A DNA stretch of 64,000 nucleotides from Octopus sinensis (taxonomy: Eukaryota), in assembly GCF_006345805.1 (NCBI RefSeq), contig NC_043006.1, forward strand, positions 64,294,001 to 64,358,000, written 5' to 3'. Shown one piece after another: positions 48,991 through 63,338 of this stretch. Under the pieces are notes generated by a model. That model was given only the letters and a program-made list of their open reading frames with translations. It had not been told where the DNA came from and made no database searches. The stretch's first letter is position 1, and each line of letters begins with the position of its first letter. Made by a program: the position numbers and the translations under genes.

Positions 48991-50820
48991 AAGTACCAGG
49001 CTTATCAAAATATTAAAAAAAGCACTAGACTGTGTCTCATATTTTTGCTTGCCCACTCAGTTGTATCTATCGATTTATCTTTGTGTGTGTGTATGTGTGT
49101 GTGTGTGTAATACACACACGCATACACACATATACATGTATGTATATGTGCATATTCATATCTCTTATATCAAAGTCAATGTCTTTATGTTTGTTCATGT
49201 GTTACTTATACATTCGAAAACTGCTGCACCGATCCTAATGAAATTTAGAACACAAAATCCAAGCCTAGGAAGAAGGGTAATGTTGTGTGTTTCATACAAT
49301 TTCATGGACCAAAATTATTGAATGGATCCTTATAATATTTGAAACTTAGATTCAATGCATAAGGCTGGGTATAACGAAATATGTTTGGTTTGAATTTCAG
49401 ATGGCTGAAAGGGGGCAGAACCCCCATGAAAATTCATAAATTTTCGATGTTGATGAAATTTCAACCATGGGTAATTGACACACATCAAGAAGTATTCTCA
49501 AAGTTTCCACTTCTCATGAGGATTCTAAGACACCCTAATGGGGGCCTTGACTCCCAAATTTTAGTCATTTCTTTTATGATCCAAAACTAGGTCAAAAGTA
49601 CTGAATGGATCTTTACGAAATTTGGAAATTATATTCTATGCATAAGGGCCACAACCCCCATGACAATTCATATATTTTTGCTGTTGATGAAATTATAACC
49701 ATAGATATTAGACACAAATGAAGTAATATTTATAAAATTTCATCTTCTTACAAATTAGAAAGACCCCTTCATGGGAACTTAACACCCACAATTTAGTCAT
49801 TTTATCGAAGCAAAGATGAATGCAGTTGTATTCTTGGAAGCTGTAGGGTCACCCGAGCATAAAAGATGAGCATTATTTGTAATTCAATGGTACAACAGTG
49901 TAACAGTTTGCTTTGACAAACACTTAGATTGTGATTTCTGCAATGTGGTGCATAAATTGTCAAGTAAATGAGAGGTATCTTTGCCTCCACTGATTCAGTT
50001 GCAAAGTGTTGAGTAAAGTTATTTGATTACAGACCTCTTTTCAGTCTTTTTATTATCACTGGGTCACACTTAGTCCCCAGATGGTAACATTGATTTCAAG
50101 GCCTTCCCAGATGAGTGACTAGTTATTCAAAGACATTTATAGATTGTAAATTTATTCTGTTCAGCTACGTATCAGTATAGTGGTCATTTGCAAACTCCAG
50201 AGGTGACACTTTCATTTCTCCTTAGCCCTCACGTCACACAGTTGGGTCACGCCCTTCCAATTGCTATAGATTCGTAATGCATCTTACGGCTGTGCCTGTC
50301 ACCTGGATGTTGAGGAATCCTATATTGAGAGTGGTAACAAGGGTAGGGTAGCTGACTGCTTATTGTAATCATTCGTCTTTTAGTTTCCTGTAGCTTTGCT
50401 CTCTTTTACAAACCCAGTGAACATATATGTCCTATTTCAAAGAAATTCAAACAATACATATAAGACCCAAGTTGAAAAGATTCTCAACAATTCAACTTCT
50501 CTGGTTGACATTAGCATCCCCACCACCTATAGAGGCCTTAACTCCCACATTTTAGAGCTCCGTGACCTCCATTTTTCGGGAGCAAAATCATTTTAACAGG
50601 TTCTATAAGACTGGAATTTTGGAATCTGCGCATGAAAATCATTAGTATGGGATACATGTGTCATGATTACAATTTTTTTAGGGTGTGTAAAGAGGGAAAT
50701 AACCCTTATCTGCAATTTTGATGAAATTCGAATCATAGGTATTCCAGTTCATTACAGAAAATATAAGAAAAGTCTAATTCTTCATCGCATGTAAGACAGC
50801 AACGCTGGGTATCTCTGCTA

Positions 50821-50911
<91 letters not shown>

Positions 50912-52439
50912 TATATAGCACAACTTTTATTAATGACGACAAAATCCGTGCCTTCTATCTGCCAACAGCTGGTGATGAAATGAGAATGGAGACGCTGAGC
51001 AGCAGTCTCAACACTATGGGATTACTGCCAAAAATCCACCTTTATATAGGGCTCGATGAGAAAGTTCTAGCAAGTCGAATCACACGATGGCATGACGCTG
51101 GTGGGTCGATTAACCGGCCGATCACTTGAAACTACTGTGGCTTGGTCGTCGTGAAGTCTGCTTTGCTACCCAGTGACTCGGTTTCGAATCCTCTGCACGT
51201 TAAAAAAACAACAAACAAAAACACTTGCAGAAAAGATACGATGAACAGATAGGAAATTATGTAGGACCGAGAAGATTTCGAAGGGCTGATGGTTTGGAAG
51301 AAATGAGTGGGTGTATTGATTAGTGCAGGATAGTGGGTGTTGGACACAAAAATGTAACGAGAAGAGGAGAGGCAGGGAGGGAGAATCGAAATGGTATGAT
51401 TTGTGGAGGCATAACACCAGCCAATTCTGAGAACAGAGGCCATTACTGTAGCGACAGTAAAAGCAAGGAGATGAGACAGTACGGTGGTGACTTAGAAACT
51501 AGGGCATATCAATGAATGATTTAAAGCCAATCTGTTGAATGGTCCTCTTCTGTGTGTAGTAACAGCACCATTCTAGACGTAAGAGTCATTAGTTAATTTA
51601 CGGGCCTTATTTGGGCTTTGTAGAGTGTCAACAGTTGTTGAGGTTTATGATGCAGTCGTAACTATGCACACTGTGCCTAGATTGGCTAATTCAGGAAAAA
51701 AACCATATCTCGAGTTGAGGGCTCATTTGAACCACAGTTCAGGGATTTATTGGGAATATGTTGTTTTTCTTATCTCGTGTTTTGGCCCTTCTTCAATTTC
51801 GGCGTAAGCAAGGCAAAATTCCCCAAGCCGGAATCTAACCTTCCTAATCAGATTTTTACTCTATAAAAGTGCATTTAAGAACAATTATTTGAAGAAATTT
51901 ATTAGGTTTTGAGTCCATTTTATGTTTCCTGTTTTTATACTCGTTTAATCACGTTGGGGATCAATAACTACTGATTTTACCCAATTTTGGTTGGTTTTGA
52001 TGTTTGGTACCAAACTGGAATTATACTGTTTGTGTGGCCTTTTAACCCCTTTGAACTTATTTTTTCCCACAGTTTATATAAAATGTTGAGGATGTCAAAT
52101 ATATTAGTCCTTAATATATCAAAATTTGTCATTTAAAAAAAATTATCAAGTTTGCCAAAAATTTGGATAATTTTCATGCATCCCCTATTTTCTCAAATTT
52201 CTCAAAGTTATGTTGACCTCTGCACTCTAGGCTTTGCTTCACTGAAAGACAATAAAAAATTCTTCTAAATAAGTTCAAACAGAAGTTAAAAGTCTTTCTT
52301 TTTTTTGTGTGAAAGAAAATATGTTCAATCATATGTTACTGAAAAAAAAAAAACGCAAATTTCGTTAAATTGGCCGATTTAAAAAAAATTGAACCATACA
52401 TTATTTTAAACTCAGGTTGATCGCTTTGTAATCTCTTGA

Positions 52440-53040
52440 GTTTAGAGAACAAGAAAATATGCATTTTAAACGTCTAGGAGAAACTTCCAAAAATGATAAA
52501 TTCCCACTCTGGACACAATGTGCTATGTTAAGGAATGACACTCGGCAAAAGTGATACTCTACAAAGTTGAAGTGAAGCCCACGATGAACCATTGCTCCCA
52601 CATATGGAATGGTGCTGCTACACATAGACATCCCAGACCACATCCAGAAGAAGGTCATTCGATTGATTAGGCCCACAAGTGCACTATCACTCTTCTCTGC
52701 CTTTTCTACCGCTGCTATAACAGACTCTGTTCTTCAGAATAGGCTGCCATTGTGTCTCCACTATTTATATGATTCCTATCCACTTCTCCTCGCCTTCCCT
52801 CATCACCTCGATGTGCCTAACTTCTCTATTCTGCACTAATCAAATTACCCAGTCATTCATCACACATCGGCTCTCGGGGATCTTTTAGTTTTCTACCTGC
52901 TCCTGTCTTTTCTACATGTGTTGACTTGTAACATTAACGCTATCAATCTCACTAGTCTTGGAGTGTCTGCAAAAGCCACAGGCGCTACTCCTTTCCCCTA
53001 ACCTAATACAAAGAAAGAATAAAGAAAAGAAAAAAAGGAA
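52440..53040 (+). mobile_element. 3' relic of a Jockey/L2-like LINE
   Basis: ILYKVEVKPTMNHCSHIWNGAAT...DHIQKKVIRLI (LYK..VRP.LEY.S.VW signature), followed by an A-rich tail. Confidence 0.65.
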
Positions 53041-53617
53041 ATCAAAACACTCGTTTTCGGAGCGGCCTCAAACGAGCTGGTAGAATTGTTAGCACGCCGA
53101 GCGAAATGGCTAGCAGTATTTCATCTGCCGTTACATTCTGAGTTCAAATTCCGCCGAGGTCAACTTTGATACTGAAGCTAAAAGAAAAGAGTTGAATAGC
53201 TGCTCAAAATTTAATATATTTTAGCATATTTTTCATAATAAACAGTGCATTCCAAACGGTTTTTATTCCAACAAATTGCTACCTATGGTACTACGGGAAC
53301 AGGCTATTATTGCTACCACTTAGACGACGCAGTTTGAAGTCAATATCGGTTCATCCATTTAATACAATCTACTTATATCATATCAGCAGCTGTTTTTTCC
53401 GGTTTGAACAGAAGCAATGCGTGAACTATACGGGCAGTCATACGTAGCCCAGAAAAGGGATGTTTTCTGCCCCCAGGGGGCCCATTACTCATTATGTAAA
53501 AAATTTTAAGAGTGTAAAACCATCTTTGGAACATAAGTAATGTATGTTCCCAGTTTGGAGAAAATCAGTTGCGAACTTCAGAAGTTCTGTGGATTTACAC
53601 ACACACGCACGCACGAT

Positions 53618-53702
<85 letters not shown>

Positions 53703-53974
53703 CTCAGTTATATATATATTATAGCAGTGATTGCGACTGTTTTTTAAATGAATTCTTGGGAATCTCTTGAGTGTATCATTTTAAATATTTGCGTGTGTGT
53801 TTGTGTTATTGATAGATAGATAGATATGCAAACGCGGCACTTTTAGTTTCTCTCTCTATACTAATTTTATTAGTTGAAAACATTTGTTGCTGCTGTAAAT
53901 TTCATAATTTGAGAAACTTTCACTTCTTAGTAAACCTTTCAAAATTTTGCATTTACACATTGCTTTTTCTATCC

Positions 53975-55355
53975 TAGCAGATTCGAAACCGAATCGCTGG
54001 ATAGCACAATGAGATCACTGTCGTTGATTAACCGATAAATCAGTGTCAAGCCATCATATGATTCGACTTTCTAATGAGCCCTATAAAAAGAAATGTTTTT
54101 TGCAGCCTTGGTGTATGTATCGTTCAAAAGGGGTCCGTATTTTGTAATAAAGAGAGTCTCTTTACTAATTCGTTAGCTACAGATTGTATCGTCCCTGAAT
54201 TGGTAGAGGGGAAAAATTCTGAAGCTTGGGATTTTTGCTATTGGCGCAAACGTCAATGTGTTGGCTGAATTCTATTTTTCTGTTTTGGGGAATTTTGATC
54301 TGGGATCTGTGCAGAGCCATCCTTTTACGTAGACTGTTTTTTTTTTTGTTTGGCCTATGTATTGCTCTTGACACCCAGAGCAGGTTAGTGCGTATATCAG
54401 GTCCTCCGAAACATATATGAAGTTGCTTTTCACTGTGAAACGGTGTCCCTGTTTGAAGAACTCTGATCCCTCAATTATTGTTTCACCTTCCTGAAACAAT
54501 AAACAAAAACACCCTGCTAGTATTCTTCGATGAAGTCAACCTCTATTCCAATATCCCTCACAACCTAGGAATAGAGGTAATTCAATTCTGGCTATAGAAT
54601 TACGCCAACGAACTCCCGCATCGCATCAAAAAAGAATTCGTGATAGAAAGGCTACAATTCATCTTGGAAAAATAACTACTTCGCCTTCAAAGACAAATTC
54701 TATAGACAAACGGTCAACTTTGCCTTTCATCCTTTTGGGGTCGATTAAATAAATACCAGTTACGCACTGGGGTCGATGTAATCGACTTAATCCCTTTGTC
54801 TGTCCTTGTTTGTCCTCTCTATGTTTAGCCCCATGTGGGCAATAAAGAAATAAATATTTGTATTGATATTGTCATGGAAGTCTTGCTGTGCTTGTGAAGT
54901 TGGTGGAGAATGAAAACGTCTTCCTAGGCTGCATGTAAAAATGATCAACAACGCTCACGAACAGTTAACAGAAGCTTATTTACTGCATATAGTGTGTTCT
55001 GTGTTGACCTTTGAATAAAAAATAAAAGCGACAAATCTATACACGCTGGTGAGACATACTACTGGGGGTTTGACAAACTAGCAAGTACGTATCAGTCTGT
55101 GATTAGCCCATCACAACTCGGAAAATAATCGTGTTATATTCATGGCAGCAAAACCTGTGCCTTCTGTCTGCACGGCTGGTGAATGAAACGAGAATGGAGA
55201 TGTTAAAGTGGCCGCCTCAACATTGTGAAGTTGCTGCAAAAAACATTTCTTTTTATAGGGCTCATTAGAAAGTCGAATCATATGATGGCTTGACACTGAT
55301 TTATCGGTTAATCAACGACAGTGATCTCATTGTGCTATCCAGTGATTCGGTTTTA
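53975..55355. mobile_element. Rearranged Penelope-like element: GIY-YIG piece on minus (~54110-54499), RT piece on plus (~54485-54710), inverted ~120-bp flanks
   Basis: FTVKSNF...LIYALTCSGCQEQYIGQT on minus; LVFFDEVNLYSNIP...ILENNYFAFKDKFYRQ on plus; 53986-54104 mirrors 55235-55353; related flank at 50940-51200. Confidence 0.85.
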
Positions 55356-55603
55356 ACTTTTAGTGATGCCGCTGCCCCCCCCCCCCCCCAGTGCGTTTCT
55401 TATTGTGATGCTGGTTTGTCCGGAATCGCAGATGATAATGTATTCAGGTGCTTCTGGAATACATTTACATCGATTCTATGAGATTTCTCACTTTTTTTGA
55501 CAAGATATGATAAAGCTATCGGCCTTGCACACTTTCACTTTTGGCGTTGTGCATTAAATATTTTGATTAGCGTCCTCATGCCTATGACCAACTTGTTTGT
55601 AAC

Positions 55604-55643
<40 letters not shown>

Positions 55644-55841
55644 TATGGCTGTGTGTGTATATGTTTGTGTGACTGTGTTTGTCCCCCCAAACACCGCTTG
55701 ACAACCGATGCTGGTGTGTTTACGTCCCCGTAACTTAGCGATTCGGCAAAAGTACTAGTCTTTGGATATATTCTGTTTGATGACGCTTAGTCAAATAGGT
55801 ATGTTAATTATAAGTGCTCTCAAATTTAAAATCTTGAAATA

Positions 55842-55922
55842 TTGTACTGATGAGGAGAATGAGTGAGTAGAAATATGATTTTACATTTTTCACATCTCTT
55901 TAACTCCGAAACGCGTATATAG
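55842..55922 (+). ncRNA. Type-I hammerhead-ribozyme motif with fully canonical core
   Basis: UUGUA-CUGAUGA-GGAG(46-nt loop)CUCC-GAAA-CGCG-UA|UAUAG; palindromic ACGCGU stem III; stem I of 5 bp including two G-U pairs. Confidence 0.75.
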
Positions 55923-56429
55923 TTAATCAGAGTCGGGTGAATTCATTTTTTTTCTCTTTGCCTACGTAAGTTGTTGAGTATTGCTGTCTGTGAGATATCT
56001 TATGGTAGTAAAATAGTAGTTTAACTGCTATTTCTAAAAGTAGTTTTAACTGCTATTTCTAAATTTCGGTATGTGGTGAAGTAAATTTTGGTGAACCCTA
56101 ATTATAATTATACTCATAAATATAGAATTTTTGTATGGGTTTACCGATAATGGTTCTTTTGACATACCAAACTAGTTGATAAAATTATTAATTATTAATT
56201 AATTAATTTTACCCTTTATTATTATTATATATAGAGAGAGAGAGAAAGAGAGAGAGAGAGGCGTAAGTCCATTAATCCGTTAATCGTTAATTAACGAAGG
56301 TAACATTTTCGTTAACGATTTAACTTTTAAGTTAACTTTGAAAATCATTATTGGACTAATTAACTTCCGTTACATTTAGCTTCCATTAACTAAAGTCTGT
56401 TGGTACCAAAATTTCATAAAAACCTGTAA

Positions 56430-57140
56430 ACGTTTAAAAGTTTCTGTTGTTTTTAGATTGTCTTAGCATATTTAATATTGTACGCGTCGTTCTTTCAACC
56501 CCGATATAATACCACTTTTTATTATAGATGACTTGTAGGACTTCATTTGGCCTTGCCCAGATTTGAAACCAAACCCACCCGCTCGATGCTTGCAAAGACA
56601 GCAGGAAATTTCTTTGTCCTGTCAAAAGAGAACAGTGTTTGATGTGTTTACACTTGTTCCATGACCTCGCTAAGGTGGATGTCAACAGAGAAAAATGTTG
56701 ACTTCCATAAAGTGGAAAAAATAAATGGAAGAACAAAAGTTGGTAAATATTTCGGTGTGAACGCAAATAGCTGTTACGTGGTAGCAGGGCATGCTAGAAT
56801 CTTTCCTTTTCTGGAAAAAGGAGCCATTTATGCCTGATTTCGATGTCACATTCGTTGGAAGCATGCAAAAAAAAAAACTTGGAATAGAAAAAAAGACCCA
56901 CGAAAAAAAACTCCCCTGGTGGAAAACTTCGCGGTCCCCACCAACCCTCCATTAAATATGATATATTAAATATGCTGCCAGAGGTTCGATAATGGATGTA
57001 AACACCATATCTGCAGTTTTTGAATGCAATGCAGAAAACCATCGCAAAATATATGGCAAATATCCCTCTGTTTCACTCCATTTTGTATTGAAATGGGCTC
57101 CGACATTTTCCCTTCATGAAAAGACATAACCAAAGCAAGG
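56430..57140 (-). mobile_element. RTE (BovB-type) RT relic
   Basis: SFHEGKMSEPISIQNGVKQ and GVYIHYRTSGSIFN motifs in broken frames. Confidence 0.75.
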
Positions 57141-57180
57141 AACATACATACATACATACATACATACATACATACATACA

Positions 57181-57214
<34 letters not shown>

Positions 57215-57599
57215 CATACATACATGTGCATGGGAGAAATCCACTCGTGACTGAGTACGACCATTTTCTAAGCTCAGCAGATCCCTGCAAATATTCCGAG
57301 AGAAGTTCCTGTGCGCGAATTTGCTTTTAGCGGATAAAGTGTTACACAACACCGAACCTACTTTACAGCGCAATTAATTCCAAAACCAGTGGCACAACAG
57401 CAGTTGAGACGACCCGAAACCAACTGCTCTTCGTGGGGTTTTTATACGAGCTTACCTTCTCCTAGAAGGAAGTTTTAGCGAAAATTAGGGGTCCATCACT
57501 CCCAGCGATTCGCATGCTTGTTAATCCATAGCTGGAACCCTAAACTTCGGGTCAGTGTAGTGGCTATGAGGTGGTTTCCCAATCCTTAAAACCATCGAA

Positions 57600-58100
57600 C
57601 TCACATACCGAGGCCCCACACTACCGGATGTAGTTTAAAGTGATACCTAGGACACAAACACACGCATATGAAGATAACTACCCACTCGTGAATGAGGAAG
57701 ACCATCACTGACCATTCACCATGCAAAATTCGAGCAATGCCCGTGCACGAGGGTGTTGCACTCGCTGTCAGCTTCACCCGGATTCGTATTCGTGGCTTCC
57801 ATGCTCGCAACGCCGCTCTCCTACTCGACCGGGCATCGGAAAATCGCCTCCCTGGTGATTGCACAACCTAAAATCTTGGGTCCAAAAGAGCCTGCACAGC
57901 AGCTCTTGGACCCTCTCCACCATCCTGACATGATCCAGAGACGAGCCAGGCCAAGATATCCAGTGTTAATACGGGTTGCAGGCTGAAAAACGTGGGAGTA
58001 CCATGATCTCACGCGAAAGCAAAAGGTCCTCAAAATGTCCGATGCCATTTCCTGCATATCTAGCTTTATATCAGAGTGAATTTCTCCTAGAGACATGCTT
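57600..58100 (-). mobile_element. LINE AP-endonuclease relic, family undetermined; a similar weak relic lies at ~49850-50400
   Basis: GGDF...G....HG.H.....RARALLEFC in one frame; heavily decayed. Confidence 0.4.
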
Positions 58101-58185
58101 TAGTAAATGCTAATGGGTGACTCACTCCCAGCGATCTACCAAATCCTAAACACCGTCCCGGAGTTTCTGAGGGCCAGTGCTATTG

Positions 58186-58227
<42 letters not shown>

Positions 58228-58256
58228 TGTGAGAGAGAGAGAGAGAGAGAGAGTGT

Positions 58257-58302
<46 letters not shown>

Positions 58303-58583
58303 CATGCATTCGTTTGTGTATAAGCATACATACATATATACACACAAGCGCGCACCCTCCATGCCTGTTAAGTGTTAATTGTCGGAAAAAAAAGGACTCT
58401 GTACCATTATAGAGATTAATAATATATTTTATATTGGTCGAGTAAGTCCTTTGCTACACTGAGTTTAAACTGTAGGTACACAGGATCCTTAGACAAGTTA
58501 TGACTGTCATAACTTGCCTGAAGATCCTCTGCACCCACAGGAGTGAAATTCAGATTTGTAAGAGACTGACTCGACCAAAACAG

Positions 58584-58648
<65 letters not shown>

Positions 58649-59356
58649 TCCCGTCCGATTCACTCCAAAATTTACAGGGACATGTAAAATGAGGTGACGA
58701 TGCCCGTGGGCTACCTTAGAAATCCCTATCTTAAAGGTGTCGTTGCTAGGGGCCAAAACCCACTTTGACAAGTCCACTCCCGTTCTTTTACGTATATGTC
58801 TTCCTCACTCACTCACACTATTTCTCCATTCCCTCTCTATTCCCCTCTAACCCCTTTCATTTTCCCTTTATAAGTTCGTCAGACGACGTTTTTATGTATC
58901 TGTCTGCATCCGTAGAGAGGAAATCATCGCCACCCACCAACACACGAGCATGAGAACAAATATTATGAAATCAGATTTCTTGCGTTCATTTATATATGTG
59001 TGTGTGTGTGTTCTATATATAAATATGTATATATAATGTATATATCTGTATATATCTGTATTTATGTATATTAAACTTTTTCATACTTTTTGATAGTTAT
59101 ATATATTTTTAAACAAATTATAAATATGATTTAATAATTTTTATTTTAAATTCAAATAATTTAAATTTTTCAATTTTATATTTTATATATTTTATATATA
59201 TATTTTTTTTATGTTTTTGTTTTTGGTTTTTACTGTTTCATTTGCCTATTAGTGGTTTTATCTCTAATTTAATTTATACACATATATATATAATTTGTAT
59301 CTATAATGCGTGCACACACACACACACACACACACACACACCACACACACCCACAT

Positions 59357-59412
<56 letters not shown>

Positions 59413-60608
59413 GTGTGCATTATGTGGTCAGTCGGTTCAGCTGAAAATATGCACACCTATGTAAAAGTGCTGGCAAGTTTGCATGACAACTATTTTTTTC
59501 CTCAAATTAAAGGCGTGACCTCTAGGACAAAATTCCTCATCTTATAAAATGTGGCCCCAGTAGACCCGAATGAAATCGGGTTATATTAATCAAAATGTGA
59601 AAAGGGGTCTAAATGGGGTTAGAAGGGGATTAAAATTTAAAGGAGCGAGTGTTTAGGAATTCTCTGTTACATCAAGCTAAAAAATTTGCGCCAGCCTTTT
59701 AATCGTCAATGTGTTGCTGTCCATGATGAAGAAGTTTTGAATGCTTGCCATGGTGAGTCTACTGTCGTGAGAAAGAATCACTTCAAAACTTGGTGTATAC
59801 GAATTTTCTTTTACATCAAGTTCAAAATTTTACGCCAGCCGTTAAACTGTCAATACGTTGCTGTCCGTCGTTAAGAAATGCCAGCCATGGTGACTCTACT
59901 ATCCTCAGATTTTATCCCTTCAAACTTTGGTTTCCAATATTTTATTATTTTTATTCAGCTCGCAAGTTCGTCTGTCCCCTTTTAAATGTTAGCGTTTTGC
60001 TGTCTGCCTTGAAGCAGACCTTCCGTTGCCACTGCCTGATATATGATTGATCTTTCTAATATTTTATTTCTCAACTTACTCAAGATCTTTTGTTGTTTAT
60101 AAATGGGAGAAAGATAGATAAAGAGAGTAAGAGAAAGCGAGGGAGAGTCCGAGAGAAAAGAAAAGTAAGAGAGTGGGAAAGTGAGAGAAAGGAGAGAGAA
60201 ACAAAGAGGGCGAATCATCATCATCATCATCGTTTAACGTCCGTTTTCCGTGCTAGCACGGGTTGGACAGTTTGACCGGGGTCTGGGAAGCCAGGAGGCT
60301 GCACCAGGCTCCAGTCTGATCTGGCAGTGTTTCTACAGGTGGATGACCTTCCTAACGCCAACCACTCTGTGAGCGTAGTGGGTGCTATTTTCGTGCCGCC
60401 GGCACAGGTGCCAGGGGGGCTCGCAGCGGCAACGATCGGTTGGTGCTTTTTACGTGCCACCGGCACAGAAGCCAGTCAAGGCGGCGCTGCAATCGGTCAC
60501 GTTCGGATGGTGCTTTTTACGTGCTGAAAGGAAGCAACAGAAAGTAACAACCACACTCTTACCCGCGCGTAGAGCGGGTCACCTTCAACTAGTATATAAA
60601 TATATATA

Positions 60609-60644
<36 letters not shown>

Positions 60645-60923
60645 TGTATGTATGTATGTATGTATGTATGTATATGTATATATACAGATAGATAGATAGA
60701 TTGATAACACAAGGAACATTCCCCTTCTTCAGTTGTCCCTGTTTCGTCTACTCCGCGTTTCAAAGGTAAGTACAAGACGCGACTTCGTTGAAACAGTCCT
60801 TCCCGCAAAGCAAATTAAATAAAATTTGGGATATTTTGCGGAGGGGTAAAAGTGGTAAGAAGAACAGGACAGTAAGAACAAAGCAAGGACGGTAAAAAAC
60901 AATAAAAGTAAAAAACAGTATAT

Positions 60924-60969
<46 letters not shown>

Positions 60970-60982
60970 CATATATATATAG

Positions 60983-61015
<33 letters not shown>

Positions 61016-61139
61016 GTATATATATTAGAGATATAGAGAGTGAGAGGAGAGAGAGAGAGAGAGAGAGAAAGAGAGGAGGAGATAGATAGATAGATAAATA
61101 GATATGCAATATATGGATGTATTTTTATTTATATGTATG

Positions 61140-62013
61140 TACAAGGTTTGATCAATAAATATCTGGACTGTTGCCATAGTAACAAAGCTAAAGCATGCAA
61201 AGTGAAACCACTTCACACAAATTGACCTTGAACTCTGTGGTGCATGCGCACTATGTTTTAACGCTCTAGTTCACATCTGCCGTTTATATGTGGCGTGTGA
61301 TCGTCGCATTGACCACGACTAAGAAAGTTGTCATGGGGATACCTTCTCTGAGGTCCACGCAAGGTAGCAGAAAGTGTATGAAGAGGAGTGTGTGAGCCGC
61401 ACACAAATGTATGAGTGGTTCAGACATTTCCAAGATGGCTGAAAAATGTTGTTAATGACGAACGTTCTGATGACCCGCAACCAGCAGAACTGAGAAAAAT
61501 ATCGCCGATGTGCGTGCAGCTGTGAGGAGAAATCGTCGAATCACCATCCGTGAGTTATCAGAGGGTGTGCAGATAGTTACGGTTCTGGTCAGTCCATTAT
61601 CACTGAAGATTTGGGTATGAAACGTGTGTCTGCCAACTTTGTGTCAAAACTGCTTTCAAGTGACCAAAAGGACGCTCAGGTTTCAGTTGCACAAAATCTC
61701 TTGATTGTGTCAAGAAAGATGAAAACTCTTTGAAAATTTTGCGTAGGCCTCTGAGCAGGTATCGCCAAGCTTTCGGCAAAATTTGATGCAGATTCCCTGC
61801 TCAACTTCCACTGTCATGGTCAATGCGACGATCACACTCTACACACATTCCTTCCAAGCACTGCTGTAAACATTGAAAGTGAGCTAGAATGTTAAAACTT
61901 AGTGTGCATGCATAGCAGAGTTTAAGGTCAGTCTGTGCCAAGCAGCTTTACTCTGCGTGCTTTAGCTTCGTTACTATTACAATACTCCAGATACTTATTA
62001 ATTAGACCACATA
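61140..62013 (+). mobile_element. Non-autonomous mariner with ~70-bp imperfect TIRs
   Basis: TIRs at 61140-61210 and ~61945-62013; retains YEWFRHF...DERS...IADVRAAVRRNRRITIRELS...LGMKRVSANFV; catalytic domain absent. Confidence 0.88.
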
Positions 62014-62027
62014 TATGTGTGTATATG

Positions 62028-62096
<69 letters not shown>

Positions 62097-62308
62097 GTGT
62101 GTGTACATACATACATATATATATATATGTATGTATATATATATTTGATAGATAGATAGATAGTGCACAGGTGCGCTATCCCCGACTCTACTTTGGTGCC
62201 TTTGTTATATAAATATCTTGATTCTATCGGATTTTGAAAATACATACATACACACATACATACATACATACATACATACATACATACATACATACATACA
62301 TACATACA

Positions 62309-62340
<32 letters not shown>

Positions 62341-63338
62341 AGTAGTTGAATGAATTATCCTAGTATGGATAATTCGGTTAACCGATACTCGGGTAGCAAA
62401 TTCACGTCAGAAAAACACGGTTGAAGCTACATGCCAAGGGCAGAGATCACGTGCTTTCGTGTGGAAATTTGTGTGTTTTTTTTAATACAAATAAATGAAA
62501 GAATGTATATATATATATACATGTAGTGGATCTTGCAGGCATGAAGTGGATTCGATCCACCATAGCCAAATTTCTAGTAACAGTTCAACAGAACTTTTCT
62601 CACGGTGGAACAATAGTTTTTTCTGTGAAAGTTTACATTTGCCAGATGCCTAGCTAGGCCGAAGTAACGTCTTCACCACTTGACCCTTCTAACCTCTTCT
62701 ACATCACCAAAAGCTAGAATTAAGATAACAAGTACCACCAACGAAATCCATTGTCCCCAACGATATGTCTATCCTCTGGATAGTTATAAAAACAAGAACA
62801 AAAATCCGAGCTAAAATCAGTTAGTCACTTGGTGACAATTCAATCAGTCAGTGACAACTCGAGGCAGAGACAGCTACCATCAGTTAGATGCTAGAACCAT
62901 GGTCAGAGGGAGAAATGAAATTTACAATCAGCAACTATGAGACAACTTACCTCGATTCTCTCACTCACACTAGCTCACTTTATTTTCTCTTACCACATCA
63001 TTCTATCTCTCTCTGTAATTACTACTACCCAATGACGAGAACATAAACACAAACCATACAAGGAAAATCTACACCTATCTTTACTTCGAATTTTTATCAC
63101 CTGCCCGTCGAGGCAAGGTATTATGTACAATGTACGGTAAATAAATATTTTCCTCACAACTTCATTCGCTGTTCTTTCATCTTTACATAATGGCAATCAA
63201 CGAAGAACCAATCCTTAAAAACTAATTACGACTCTGACTTTCCATATTATTGTCTACAATTTAATCTCAACCGTTATAAAAGTTAATCTTTACCGTTACA
63301 TACACACACACGCACACACACACACGCACGCACACACA

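Noticed and set aside
62950-63010. Minus-strand GAG|gtaagt donor as a first exon of a large upstream gene
   Set aside because: It is a single donor motif with no ORF, promoter or partner exon support.
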